Of a stretch of 49,253 nt of DNA, positions 1 to 13,320 are shown in pieces; the first letter of the stretch is position 1, and each line of letters opens with the position of its first letter. Under the pieces are notes generated by a model, which had not been told where the DNA came from, ran no database searches, and was given only the letters and a program-made list of their open reading frames with translations. A program made the position numbers and the translations under genes. The DNA comes from Catajapyx aquilonaris (taxonomy: Eukaryota), in NCBI GenBank assembly GCA_000934665.2, contig JYFJ02002895.1, positions 1 to 49,253 of the forward strand. The letters run 5' to 3'.

Positions 1-232
1 CACTCTACATTTACTTCTACATTTACTGCACAACCTTAAATTTTTCATTACATACTTTTGCTGGATTTTGGAGGTGTATTGTTTTACAATCTGACATACT
101 CAGTGTGTTGTTTGGACTTCATGCACATGCAATATGCTCCATGTTACAGGTATGCCAACATTGTATAGCCATAATTATTGCAAAGGTAACGACCAAATCA
201 ATGAGTCACTCCTATGGATAAGTATTACATAA

Positions 233-259
233 CCCGAGCAACGCCGGGTATCCTGCTAG
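233..259 (+). mobile_element. Helitron 3'-terminus remnant
   Basis: cccgagcaacgccggg hairpin followed by CTAG|T; same terminus as the Helitron at 6526-6785. Confidence 0.55.
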
Positions 260-316
260 TGTGTATATATTCATAATGTATAGAATCATATGCAAATATG
301 AATGCAATATTTTCAG

Positions 317-3300
317 CACTGGATACTGACATTAATTGGGCTGATGATGCTAGCTGTGGACAAAGCAGCTTATCATGCCTGATGGAAGAGAATGGAGAAA
401 GCCAGTGCTGTTCATGTGATGAGAAGCTCCTTGCAAGACATGACATTGCTCTGCATTGCCACAAAGAGGGCCCTCAGGTTAGTTGTGTGATACCTTGCCA
501 ATGAGAGCTCCAGTAACTGGTGACTAGGGGCAGGGGAGTCTGCCCTTAGCAGCTGATAAACAGACAGAATAGTGAAATTCCCAGTCCAGGTGGAAGGAAA
601 TAAGACCACTAGGCTGACGTGACAGAGTAATAGGTGAGACCAGCCCCCCGCAACTCCCTATCTAGTCCTATGGTGACGGTAGTTGAATATAAAAGGTACC
701 CCCAGCCTAGAATTTGGCGCTGACGCAGCCCCACAGGCATCTTGTGGTTCGGGTGGCTGACTGGCGATCTGTGCATGCTCTCCGGACCCAGCTCAGTGGA
801 AGGAATAGTTCGGATTGGTTCAGGTGTCCGCGAGCGACCGCCCGAACCACAACATCCCTGTGGGCATGCGCCAGGAGCAGTGCTGCGGACGGAGCCTTTT
901 ATATTCAACTCCTGTATCGTATGAGTTGTGGGGGGCTGGGTGAGACCCAGTAAGCCTACAAAGTTCCATCCCTGTGATGGCCAGTGTGGCTGTACCAGTG
1001 TGGATCATATACCACTTGCAACTTGCTCCCATTGGGTTGGATTTTCACTTATTACACAGGTTTATTTCTGGTTGACCTGGCCAGTGATGACCCTGCAACC
1101 CATAACATCATTCAACCCATGAATACTGTACCATACATTAAATTCTTATCCTACAATGACAAATGATTTATGCAAAATAGCCACTGTGATATAAATCGAA
1201 ATTAGTGAAAAGAAGTTCACCAATGAACTATTGAAGTTATTGCAAGATTATAAAAAAAAATAGTTCATGAGTTATGAGTACAAAACATCCTTTCCCCAAA
1301 CTGTTTCTTCTCCAATCACAGTCCAGGGGAGGATTTTCACTTGCTATCACAGCCTGAAATGATCAAAGTTCTGCTGTCAGATGTAAGAAGACCGTAACTC
1401 AAAACTAGTAACGGTGAAAGTCGCATGCATGCTCTGACTTCCCCCTGACTCAGAGGGGATTAGTGCAGGGCATGCATGCGACTTTCACGCTTACTAGTTT
1501 TTGAGTTACGGTCTTCTTACGTCTGATGGCAGAGTTGTCTGCTACATTGTTTCTTTTCTACCGGTAACAAGCTTTGAAAATTGTATGTTTGTTCCCATCA
1601 TCAAGGGCTTGTAGGAAGCTCACATTTCCCCCACACTAGCTCAACCACTGTCTTTGTGGCAAGGAGTCACAACCTTGGTATCACAACCAGTGATATATTC
1701 CCATTTCCTGAGTTTTTGGGTAGGATATGTTGACGGGATTGGGGAAGTTTCCCAATAATTTGATGCACAAAGTCAGCAGCTTTTAATTGTTAAATTTTAT
1801 TTTCAGTTGCAAAGTATTCTGGCTGATTTTTTCTACCATTTAAAATATATTTTGAACAATCAAGTGATGGAAAAGCCTCACTGAAACCATGCAACTTGGG
1901 ACAGTAAATTCCAGATCCTCAAACAAGAAAGGTGTTAAAGAACTTTTGAAAGGGCAATGTTGCCTGCTTTAGGTGGAGAGATTTCATGACTATCTCAATT
2001 TAATGTTCAGAGGCATGTTCATACACTGTGGACTGATCCTAATGCTATATTGTTTCAGCAGATTATGGATGTTGAGGGAAGAGTGCTAAATGGCAGGAAG
2101 GTGGAGGAAATTACATTGGAGCTAGTCAAAGGTCAGTGAGAGAAAAAAGGTGTTTCCCTGCTGACATTGGACCTGGTCATATATTATGTGCAATTCTAAT
2201 GGGTAGGGCGTGGAGTGGCGTTGCGGTAACGTATCCGCCCACGGATGTTAAGGTCCCAGGTCCGATCCCAGCCTGAGGTGTCTCCCTTGTTCCCCCCTTC
2301 ATCTTGTGTAGAGTTAGGCCATCTCTGGCTTCGTCTTGGGTGGAATCTCTGCTAGACTAATCCACCCAGGGGAGTTCACAAAATGACCAATCAACGACAT
2401 TGCACTTGCACTTTGCACATCCCCTCCCAGTCACCCTATGGTGGAATTCCACCCCCACCCCCCCACACTAGGGACTTGGGCAATGCACCACCCTAATGTG
2501 AAAATCTTATTATTTCACTTATTTTTACTATGTGTTACTATATATACCAGTATCATACTAGTAATCACCCTACTTTTCAGGTGTGAAAGAGATTGTGAAT
2601 GAAGAGACAGAGAAACCTACTATGTACGTTTGTGCTGAATGCTCCCATCTATTTGATGATCTGGACACCTGCAGACAACACATGATAAAAGTTAGTCCAC
2701 TGCCTTTGCAGCTCACTGGGATATCATAAGGAAAAACTATTTATACTTCACCAGGTTCATGAACTACTTCAATTACCGGCATATGAGAAAGAACTATGCT
2801 CCCAGCCTGTGGTACCCAGTGACAGCAGCGTTTCGCCCTCTGAGCCTCAAGCCATGCCTATTTCACTAGAAAATAATACAGAAAAAGAGGGCAGTGATAG
2901 CCCTTGTATGAAAAGGAACAGCCGTATTCCAAAGAGTTTGGAGCAAGATTACTATTTGCCCAAGACAGACAGTATGTCCCAGTTCAGAAATGCACGCAAA
3001 CTGCGCTGTCCCTACAAATTTTGCCTCTATCGCTTTCGGACTGAAGGCACTCTAAAGTATCATGTACTGTGCCATGATGAAGACAAGGAGTTTCATTGCG
3101 CTGAATGCAGGCAGAGATTTGAGAAGTGGCGCCAGTGTGCCATGCATCTGTGGAAGGTTCACACAGTGGATGTGGACCTGCTAACCTGTCCTACATGTTG
3201 TACCTACAAAACTGTGACACCGATGAACTTGGAAATACACTGCCGCATACACAGTGATTTGAGAAGGTATTCATGTGACAAATGCAGCAAATGTTTCAAG

Positions 3301-4209
3301 CAGATAACACAACTCCGAAATCACAAGGTTTGTAGTTCCTTGTTCAATCTTTGTTACAAAACTGCCAATGTTCAACAACTTTTCTCACAGGTCTCCCATT
3401 TGGACAAGACCAGGATCCAGGAAGACAAGTGGTATATGTCAAAGAAGTGTGATTTGTGCCACAAGAACCTTGCTGACTCAAAATGTCTGAAAAAACATAT
3501 CCAAGCTGTCCACAGCAAGTTACGTCCATATGTCTGCAACATATGTGGACACATGTCAGCTCGAAAGGCTATGCTACATCTACATCAGAGGCAGCATACT
3601 GGAGAAAAACCATATCAGTGTAGTGATTGTGATTACCGTACTGGAGACCACAACTCGTTGCGTCGTCACAAAATGCGTCACACTGGTGAACGACCATATA
3701 AATGCCCCCATTGCAAATATGAGGCAATTCAGAGTAATTCTTATAAGAACCATTTGAAGAATAAGCATCCAGGAATGGATGGGGTCTTTGTGTGCTCAAG
3801 GTGCCCTTTTAAGACTATTAGTGATACAAGTTACACAATGCATTGTAAAGATCATGATAGTGGATTGGTGGAAACACAGCAGGCTAATGATAACCCATCA
3901 GGCATGTTCCCTAGCAATGCAGCTGCTGCACGGCTGATCTACGAGTGCTTGGATGCTCTATCACAGGATGAGCCCCATCTACAAGCAGTTTCCAGTAGCA
4001 CTACCACTTCACCAGATGGATCTACTCAGACTATCACCATCCATATTCCAGGAAGAAATGGAGAGAGTTGCAACAGGGAAGGTACCTCGACCATTGACAT
4101 TGAAGCAGATGAATCTATAGTGGATACTGGAGGTGTCACCATACCAGCACCTGAGCCTAATGCAGAAATCATGCAAGCAACAGAGAGTACTTTTGATGAT
4201 GTGCTATAG
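317..4209 (+). CDS. Multi-exon C2H2 zinc-finger protein (~10 fingers), 5' end uncertain
   Basis: Phase-compatible GT-AG exons 317-477, 2059-2131, 2581-2690, 2755-3327 and 3391-4209 (TAG). Splicing 2690/2755 completes finger CAEC...HMIK|VH; splicing 3327/3391 completes CDKC...HK|VSH. TGEKPY and TGERPY linkers present. A possible 36-nt upstream exon 150-185 (GMPTLYSHNYCK) is phase-compatible. AATAAA at ~4228. Confidence 0.88.
641..938. mobile_element. hAT-type foldback MITE (family F1)
   Basis: TIR cagccccccgcaactc/gagttgtggggggctg; 8-bp TSD ggtgagac (633-640, 939-946); internal inverted segments; second copy at 7413-7704. Confidence 0.8.
1370..1533. mobile_element. Palindromic MITE (family F2) in zinc-finger intron
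   Basis: ~65-bp inverted arms (tctgctgtcagatgtaagaagaccgtaactc.../...gagttacggtcttcttacgtctgatggcaga); second copy at 30414-30545. Confidence 0.75.
2201..2440 (+). mobile_element. tRNA-derived SINE family A (degenerate tail)
   Basis: A-box/B-box-like head (gtggcgttgcggt...ggtccgatccc); body matches 7 other copies in the window. Confidence 0.85.
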
Positions 4210-4730
4210 GATTACAATAGATTCTGAAATAAATTGCAAGTCTTGGCACAGAAATTCTTGGAACTAGTCTTTAACAATGGGAACCTTGGATATTGAAGGT
4301 CCCTGGTGATCAAGGTATCTAACTTGTAAGTTGGGAATATGCATGGTCAAGGTATAGCCTCAGTCTCACGTAGTTGATAAAGCATGTGTGCCATTATTAT
4401 GATCATTTTTCACTCACCTAAGGACTGACTGTATGGGCATAAATTAAGGAAAATTTATAATATATTATGTAATCACAGTGAATAATCCATCAGAGTAGGA
4501 GAGTTTTCCTTAATTTGCATTGATTCAAGCACCCGTAAGTCTTCATGGAAGTGACTAGGGGTAGACCCATGCTTCCCAGGTCAGGAGGAGGGCTTATGTA
4601 AAATGTGCTGAGTAACTGGATTGAGATCAAGAGTAAATGGATTTGTTGGTTGGTTGGTTAACAGGAATAAAAAAGGTAGTTCAAAATGCCTCCTCCTTAG
4701 TAATTTTTAAGGCTAGCTATTGCACTTGTA

Positions 4731-5008
4731 CAGTGCTGGACATTAATGGTAGAGTACTGACAGCAACATTTTCTGAGGCGGCAGAAGACCACATCAAAGT
4801 GGTGTAGTACGAATCATGCGAGTAAGAAATGGTAGGCCCTTGGTGATGTCACCAGTGGGTTCAATTGTTCAAAACCCTATTGTGCCCAGCTGGTCACATC
4901 ACCCAGGGCCTACCATTTCTTACTCGCATGGCTCGTACTCCATCACTTGCTTTTCTGCCTCCTCGGAAAATGTCACTGTCAGTACTCTACCATTAATGTG
5001 TAGCACTG
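4731..5008. mobile_element. Tc1/mariner-type palindromic MITE
   Basis: TA|cagtgctggacattaatggtagagtactgacag...ctgtcagtactctaccattaatgtgtagcactg|TA; nearly fully palindromic; partial copy at ~7948-8020. Confidence 0.8.
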
Positions 5009-5110
5009 TACCAGGAGGACATGAATGTCATCCACCCTTATTAGTACTAATTGTCAATTATGAACATAGCCATCTGTAGGGTTACCAAGAGAAGAATGAA
5101 CAGGGGAAAG

Positions 5111-6784
5111 CGATACTGTTTAATTTATTTCTGGCATACTTGCAAGAATATCTGGAAAAGCAGCATATTGAAGGGGTAAACCTAGGGGCTGCCACACCGA
5201 ATATAACTTTCCTGGAATATGCTGACGATATAATACTTCTAGCACAAAGTCAATTATACTTCCAAAAACTGATAACTTCTTTTTTTCATTACGTGAACAT
5301 GAATGAAATGACAATTAATCTTGACAAGACGAAGATATTAGTATTCAGGAATGGAGGCTCCCTCCCAAGCTCAATGGCTTTTTGCTGGGGTGATAAAAAA
5401 TTGTAAATAGTAAATGAATACACATATTTGGGAGTTCCTTTTTCCCCAGTTATGAAATTCAGAGGGGCAAATAAGAATTTCGTGCAAGAAGGGATAACAG
5501 CAATAAATGCAGTGTGGCCCACTCTGGTAGCTACCAAATCTAGAAATTTAAATACGGCTTTTAGATTATTTGACGCTAAGATAGTTTCTATCTCCCTATA
5601 TAACGCTCGCATTTGGGGATTGTCTCATTGCGAAGAACTGGAGAGGATACACACATATTATATAAAGAAATATCTTTCACTCCCCAAGAACCACTGCAGG
5701 ATATTTTCTCAGACTGGAAACAGGGAGGAGACCGCTGGAGATCTGAGTGATTAAATTATTGTGTCATTTTCTGATGGAAATAGCTCTGGCAGATCCAAAA
5801 GAATTGATTAGCCAATTCTTCCAATATGCCATGAAAGTGAAAAACCCAGACCCATATGAATGGATAGAGTCAGTTAGAAAAATATTTACATTATCTGGCA
5901 TTGCATTGAACACGTGGGCAAAATAATGTTGAAAAAATAAATTTAGAAGATATACTTACAGCGCAAATCCATTGACCATAAAAAATACATGAATTGCGTA
6001 AGGGAATCAAGAATAAATTATGTACATTACAAAGATATAATCACGGATCATCTAAGACAACACTATTTCGATTCCCAGCTGCCTCTTCCAGTGACCAGAT
6101 TGATAATAAATTTGAGGAACAATTCAAGGAAATACTGGATAAAGGGATATACACTTGTACTGGACAATGAAAATAACTGCACCTTATGTAATGAATCTGC
6201 CAAATTTGATTTGTATCACATCTTGTATATTTGTAGATTTTTTGCAGAGAGTAGAAAAGAATACCTACAAGATATGCCAAAGTTTCCTCCTAATAAGACT
6301 TTCTTTTTATTTCGACATATCTCGTACAAGGAGGATGCATTTAAACTGTATTATTTTTTCAAAGCTATGGCAGTGAAATTGGCTTTTTGTGACATAATAC
6401 TATAAGATCATATATTAAAATTGTATTTCTGTTTCTGATATTAGGGCTGTGTTGGAGAGTCCCCCCCGCCCCCAAGTTGAACATTGTAGGGGTGGGGTAT
6501 GCTCAATATATTATTATTATTATTACTAGCTGCGGCACCCGGCGTTGCCCGGGAAGAAATGAATGAAGGGATAACACCTACCTGTAGCCCAGTCAAAATT
6601 TTCACGCACAGAGAGCCGCCCTGACACTTTTAGGAAGGACGGTAGAGGTGGGAGGTATTTGGGGTGGACGACAGATGGCAGGTTGGCGTTATACAGGCGG
6701 GAGAGGCTGTAGGTATTGGGAGTACGACCACAGATGGCATTGGTGGGCGGACAGACTGACAGACTCACAAACGGCTTTATATAG

Positions 6785-6865
<81 letters not shown>
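5111..6865 (+). mobile_element. 5'-truncated non-LTR retrotransposon (RT C-terminal part, RTE-X-like), degenerate
   Basis: ILFNLFL...EYADDIILLA...KTKILVFRNGG...YTYLGVPF RT motifs; C-terminal CxxC...H...C knuckle (CTLCN...YHILYIC); stops and frameshifts; (TTA)n tail; perfect 16-bp TSD aatgaacaggggaaag at 5095-5110 and 6866-6881. Clade assignment is tentative. Confidence 0.9.
6526..6785 (-). mobile_element. Non-autonomous Helitron inserted in the LINE tail
   Basis: Minus strand: A|TCtatataaag... with (CTGT)-like microsatellite ... cccgggcaacgccggg hairpin ... CTAG|T; no TSD; splits the (TTA)n tail. Confidence 0.85.
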
Positions 6866-6869
<4 letters not shown>

Positions 6870-7412
6870 AACAGGGGAAAGGGGCCTGACTGAGAGGGTT
6901 CCAATTCGTGGAATTGTTCCTATGCACTAAATATAAAGATGAGACAGATTTGGATATGTGCAAAGCCCATATTGAAAGCAGTATCAAAGGACATGGGTTA
7001 AATCCTTATGGAAAAGTGCACCCAGTTGGATTTGGCTGAAACTTGGTCAGTTAATAGACCTTGTCCTCAGGGTCAATTGTTCTGAAGGCCGAAGAAAATC
7101 TACCGTGCCGTTTGGCCTCTGGAGGCGCTGAAAGTCGGAATTTCAAAGTTGTCTGATCTTGGTGAAAATGACACACACTGTAGAGTTTGATGAGCTGAGT
7201 CGAATGCGCCATGGGATAATTTTGTCTTACAAACCATTTGACCGCGATACGGATAAATTAGACTTCAACATTGGGCCTTTTACTGGGACTATAAGGGTGG
7301 ATTGCAAAGACGGAGTTTAAACAGAGGTTCAGTTAGATTGGGGTTTAAACCAGGGTTCATCTGTATTCATCTACTTCCGTAGTCTCCCACAGCTTCTCAG
7401 CACTGTATGGAG

Positions 7413-7704
7413 CAGCCCCCCGCAACCCCCAACCTAGCCGTATGGAGCTATGGTGACAGTAGTGTAATAAAAGAGTCCCTGCAAGCCTGGAATTTGGCAA
7501 TGGCACAGCCCCACAGGCATCTTACGATTCGGGTGGCTGACTGGCGATCTGCGAATGCCCTCCGGACCCAGCTACTGTGGAAATGATGCTTTGGGTTGGT
7601 TCAGGTATCCGCCCGAATCGTAAGATGCCTGTGGGGCTGCGGCAGCGCCGAGACAGAGACGCTGTAATTACACTACCATATTGTGGGAGTTGTCGGGGGC
7701 TGGG
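7413..7704. mobile_element. hAT-type foldback MITE (family F1, copy 2)
   Basis: Homologous to 641-938; flanking gtatggag at 7405-7412 and 7705-7712. Confidence 0.75.
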
Positions 7705-8846
7705 GTATGGAGGTAATCTTGGCACTGCTCTATCAATTTTGTCCCACTGAAGCTCGATAGGAGGAAAGTCTGGCGACTGTGGAGTGCAGTCTGTAGTTTC
7801 GTGGCACCAGACTTCTTATTGTTCTCCAAATAGATGGTGCACAACTGAGATGTATGCTTGGTAACATTTATCTTGTTGGAATATAATTCCAGGCCCAGAA
7901 TTCTTCTTCCCAAGGGCTGTGAATGTTGTGCTGTGCTGTGCAGTGCACAGTGCTGGACATTAATGGTGTCATACTGATGGTGCCACGATCTGATGGAGGC
8001 AAAGGAGCAAATCAAAGTGACTATTATTCCATCAACTACTACTTAATAATCATGGCTTCAGATTAAATCCTTGGCTGTTAATCTGCCTATCCCACTCTTC
8101 CAGACAGCCCTGCGATATTGACGACATATTGATGAGGTCACCAGATCTCTTTCCTTCCGCTTCTTGATGCCATATCTGGAGGCCCAATTACGAGCAAATT
8201 ACTGGAAGTAACGGGAAGGAATCAAAATTTCAAATAATGGGAGCAAAACAAGACCGCGAGCAAAACGTATCGAGCGCCATCATGGGTGGTTTGGTCCCAT
8301 TCGTTCCTTATGTTCCTTATTTCAAATATGGCTGCCAAGAGAGGGACCTTCTGAAAGTGTGATAAATTTCCTCTTTTGTTCTGATTGCTTTAAAAAAAAA
8401 AATTATTTTATTTAACTCGCATTTCTGAAAATCGGATTAGATAGCCGGATGTGTGGTTTGAATATATTTCAAGCGACAATAATGGTGAAAATAACTTGCG
8501 TTTCCAATTGAACTCTATCCTTCAATATTTTTGTAGTTGGCAACTCCCCCAAGCCTACTCTCGTTTTTTGTGGAAATGTCAAGAGAGCATTTCAGGCTTC
8601 ATTTCAAGGGCAATTTAAAAAATTTGATGTTCATTTTTGAGAAAACAAATCAAAATTTTGGGCGTCATCTTTAATTTAATTTTGGTGCCCCACAAATATG
8701 AGTCATACTGTCCGAAGTGGCGTCAAAATAGCTTTCCATCGCATGAATCACATTTTGCGTATGTTACAATCTTCCAAAGTTATGGCCATCCAACTGAGGG
8801 AGGACAGAAGCAAAATTCTGAAAATTATTTTATAGTTGGCAAATGT

Positions 8847-9248
<402 letters not shown>

Positions 9249-9766
9249 GTTGGCAAATGTCACAAGTGTATACTCGTTTTATGCTGAAATGTCTATTAAA
9301 CAATGTGTAGGCTTCATTTAAAGCGCAATTCAATTTTTTTAAATGTCCATTTGTGAGAAAAACATAAATCAAAATATTGGACACCACTTTTAATTCGAAA
9401 TTTTGATTTCTCACAAACATAGTTTCTACCATATGAATGGGTGTTAAAATTAATAACATTTCTGATATGTTACAATCTACCAAAGACATGGCCTCCAACT
9501 GATGTCGGATGGAGGCAAAAATCGCAAAAATCCATACCTTTCACACCCTGTAGTTATGCAACCACACGTCGCCCGATCAAACAAAATAAGGCTCTTGCTC
9601 AGACACATGGTTAGGCCTACTGCAACATAATCAGTTTTGGTCGAAATCGGGAAATATTTGTCGGGGAGAGGGGTCCAGTTGATGCGTTATGCCTCATAAT
9701 TATGCATTTTAATTGGAAGTTTTCAGACAAAAAAAGGCGGGGAGAAGGTCAGGGTTGAAATAATTT

Positions 9767-10058
9767 TTTATTTTTTATTTTTTTAATTATTACCCCGTGA
9801 TAGAGCTCGTGGCCCTCTTAGGGGGGGGAAGGGGAAGTTCCCAAGGGAGGGCGCCGTGCGATAGCCATTTCTGACATTCTTTAACACCAGGCCTTTTCTC
9901 CTGGCCCCGAGCAGAGAAGGGAGTGCAATTCTGATCCGGCATGTCGGGTGAAAAGCGGAAAAAGACCCGGCCAAGCAGAGGTGACGGGGACGGGATTTGA
10001 ACCCCGGCCTCCCGCTTGGCTGGCCAGCGGCGTAACCGCTAGACCACCATGCCGCCCG
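9767..10058 (-). mobile_element. tRNA-derived SINE family C
   Basis: Head tggtggtctagcgg...ggttcaaatccc; TSD gggttgaaataattt; near-identical to 14233-14516 and 37245-37533. Confidence 0.9.
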
Positions 10059-12179
10059 GGGTTGAAATAATTTGTTGTTAGGTTTCTATCTCTTACAGTT
10101 AGTAAAACAAATATGCTGACTTGCAAACTCTTTACCTTCCTGCAATTTCCTCATAAAAATCTAACTTACCTATATTAATTTTTGAAAAGCCAATAATTTA
10201 GGCTGTATAATTGCACCTTTTAGGTGTTTAGAACTTGTGAAAATGATTAAAAACCAATTCTCCAGTTTCTTTTGCGAGAAAATTATGATTTTCACCCCAT
10301 GATCATGAGCTAAATTGGGACCGAGAGAGTCAAGTTGCCAAGTGAAACTATGAAAACCATAAAATGAAAATAAAGGTCGTTTGAACAACAGACAGATTAA
10401 GATGATTTCACCACAAAAATAACATCATTTTAAATAAAGAAATGGTCAAGCAGCCAGGTTGGACCACTTCATATGGACCAACTGTTTTTTTTTTTAAACA
10501 AGTACTGATATGTGGATTACCAAAAAATTAGAGCCCTTAGGATATTCTCACCTCATATTCGGATTCAGCATCAGAAACTACAACAGAATCAGCCAACATT
10601 ATCCATGTTATAAAATTAGGCCTACTGTTGGACAGTGGTGTAACCACTGCTTTTACACCTTGCAGTTGTGAACAGGAAACATGGGTAAAACACTAATAAT
10701 ACACCCTAAATGCATGCACTGAATTACCGAAATACCGTATTATAACACTCTAGGTTTCAAGAAATGAGAAATGTGCAGAATTAATAAATGTGACTTTCCC
10801 TGAATATTCGCGTTTGTTTCTGGGGCTTTCATTATTTTATTATGAACAAAATATGCTTTTCAACATTTTCAGAAAAAACTCGAATATAAAGAGTGAGGCA
10901 TGTTTTTACCAGACCCGCACCATTTTCATCTGTTCTGAAGTGCAAACTGGCACAAATACATATACATACATGTGTATTTCTGGTATTTCTTGACCACACA
11001 AACATGTCCGTCGCGCCGTTCCTTTGTCAGCCTGATGGCTGCTGCAGTCACGAGTCGTTACCACCTAGCAGCTGTGACAGGTGAGTGAGGTCCAAGTATG
11101 TAGAATGCATGGGTGACAGGTGAGGCATGAGTGGCTCCCAGGAGTTAGTTACAAGACTTTCTTGGACAAGCTTCCTGAATTTATTGGGAGTCATTTCCGC
11201 CAAACTTCCAAACTGTCAGTTAAACCAAGGGTTGTCAAAAACAGACAATTTTGACTGATAGAAAAAATAGACTTTTCCCAAGACATATCTTTAACTTTCT
11301 GTGTCCATTATCATGTTATCATTAATGGCTTTGCCTGTTCAAGGCTCCTAACTATGAACACCAAAGAAATCTCAGAAAATGAGCCTGCCACTGTTGGTAT
11401 GTATGCTTCTTTTTTTTATACTTATGGAAGTTGTTGCGGGACAGGTACATTCAAGGACCCAATCATTGCAACAATGGATTTCTGCAGAGATTCCCTCACT
11501 GATTGGGTCAGAGACGAAGTAGGAGTCAGGCAAACATTGCAATAATCTTTTGAGGACTTACATAAAAATTGTTCAACATATGTCATTATATGCAAAATAC
11601 AAACCCAATTTATTTAATTTGTCACACGCAAATTCTACTTTCCAATGGGATGTCACAAATGACAATAGAGGCAAGTGTTTTTTAATTTAAAAATGAAAAG
11701 TTCCTTTAATTGGTTACCCTGTGACAGGCCTGTAGCCTTTCATATGGAATCATCGTCCATGCACCTAGCTATTAATTCAATGCACTGGGATGGATTTTTG
11801 TTGATAGAACCATGAGAAAACCTATGTGAACACAGTGGGAACCCATCAAAACGCTTTCCACGTGAGAAATTCCTCGGACCTTACCAAGAATATATGAATT
11901 TTTAATGCGCTACTGACCTTACTTGTAAATTATTATAGATTCAGGCACTGAAGTTCAGAAAGGCTGTTACAAAAAACATGAACAAATTGTTACATCTGTT
12001 TTTAAATATATTGATGATAATAATTATGCTTATCATCATTGACTTGGGAACTGGATGTGCAAGTCATTACTTACAATGAAAGGCACTATGTTTTGCATAA
12101 TGTGATAAATTAATGACATATCAGGACTGAGGGAATAAGCTGTTATGTGCTGTAATCTTCATTGTAAAGATGACAATAA

Positions 12180-12524
12180 TAATATAATAATAATAATATC
12201 CGGGTAGTGCTTGGCCTTCTCGGCATATAGCACGGACCTTTATTTGTACGATGTACATATTTGGAACCTAATTATTGAAGCGCCCGGGCCCACGGGCAGG
12301 ATGATAGGAGGGGATGTGCAAGGTGCAGTGCAATGTCTTTATGTGGCCATTTTTAGTGAACTCCCCCGGGTGGTTTAGTCTGTAGGAAATACCACCCGAG
12401 GCGAAGCCAGAGGTGACCCAATGAACTCTGCACGAGATGAAGGGGGTGTCCCCGGGCTGGGATCGAACCCGGGACCTTAACATCCGTGGGCGCATACGTT
12501 ACCGCAGCACCACTCCGCCTCCCC
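12180..12524 (-). mobile_element. SINE family A
   Basis: 16-bp TSD gtaaagatgacaataa; class-2 3' stem-loop tail. Confidence 0.9.
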
Positions 12525-12863
12525 GTAAAGATGACAATAAGTCAATATAATGGGTCCTAGAATTATTAAATTTTGGCCTTAATTTTGTATTTGGGAACCA
12601 GAAATGTTCATTCACTGTATCTAAGGGTGTGTTCCATTCATATCTCATAGTATCTCATAGTTTTCTGTAATTATTCTCCACTTGCAATAAATATTTTTAT
12701 TAAGCACTATTTTTAACACATGTTGTGAACTTAACCAATGCTAATTTTCTTAACACAGATCTAGGTGCAGATGCTTCTGTTTGTGGAATGGCTTCAACTA
12801 GTGCATCCGGCACCAACGCTGTGCAATATGGGACTATGCATGAGAATGTGATGAACTTGGAAG

Positions 12864-13320
12864 CAGTGCCGGAATTACCCCCCACCCACCTCCACTTTAT
12901 AATTGATATATTTAAGGAGGTTGGCCCAGCATTGCCTTTCAACCTCCAAGGATAGGGAAGGAAGGAAGCGGCTGTGGCCTATTATACGGAAGCAACCCCG
13001 GAATTATCCTAGAAAGACCGTGGAGAACCACAGAAAACCACGGTCAAGGTTGCCGGCCACGGGATTCGAACCCAGGACCTCCCGATTAGCAGTCGGATGC
13101 CTTATCCACTATGCCAACCTGCTTCGGTAACCACCTCCACTGGCCGCCCTTCGACAATTACCTTTTCTGCCTGTAGTGGTAAATCAAGCTCTCAAAAATT
13201 TTCTTTCCTTTGTAATCTCGCCTTCATTTCCTATTATTGTATTTGAGAAATATTATTTATTGCAACTCGCGGCTGCTCCTAGGCCAGTACCTACTGTGCC
13301 TAATGGGAAATCTGGTGCTG
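12864..13320. mobile_element. hAT-type non-autonomous element inserted in an LDHD exon, containing a truncated SINE B (~12947-13128, minus)
   Basis: 8-bp TSD cttggaag (12856-12863, 13321-13328); termini cagtgccgga/tctggtgctg; removal restores ...[11 protein letters not shown]. Confidence 0.85.

Noticed and set aside
1807..1884. Additional zinc-finger gene exon after the acceptor-like ttttcag at 1806
   Set aside because: All three frames hit stops before a convincing donor; exons 477 and 2059 already join in phase
6526..6987. Poly-Ile/Leu/Asn/Tyr ORFs (also ~8936-9498, 22083-22553, 27999-28488, 35639-35981, 40404-40706)
   Set aside because: Translations of (TTA)n retroelement tails
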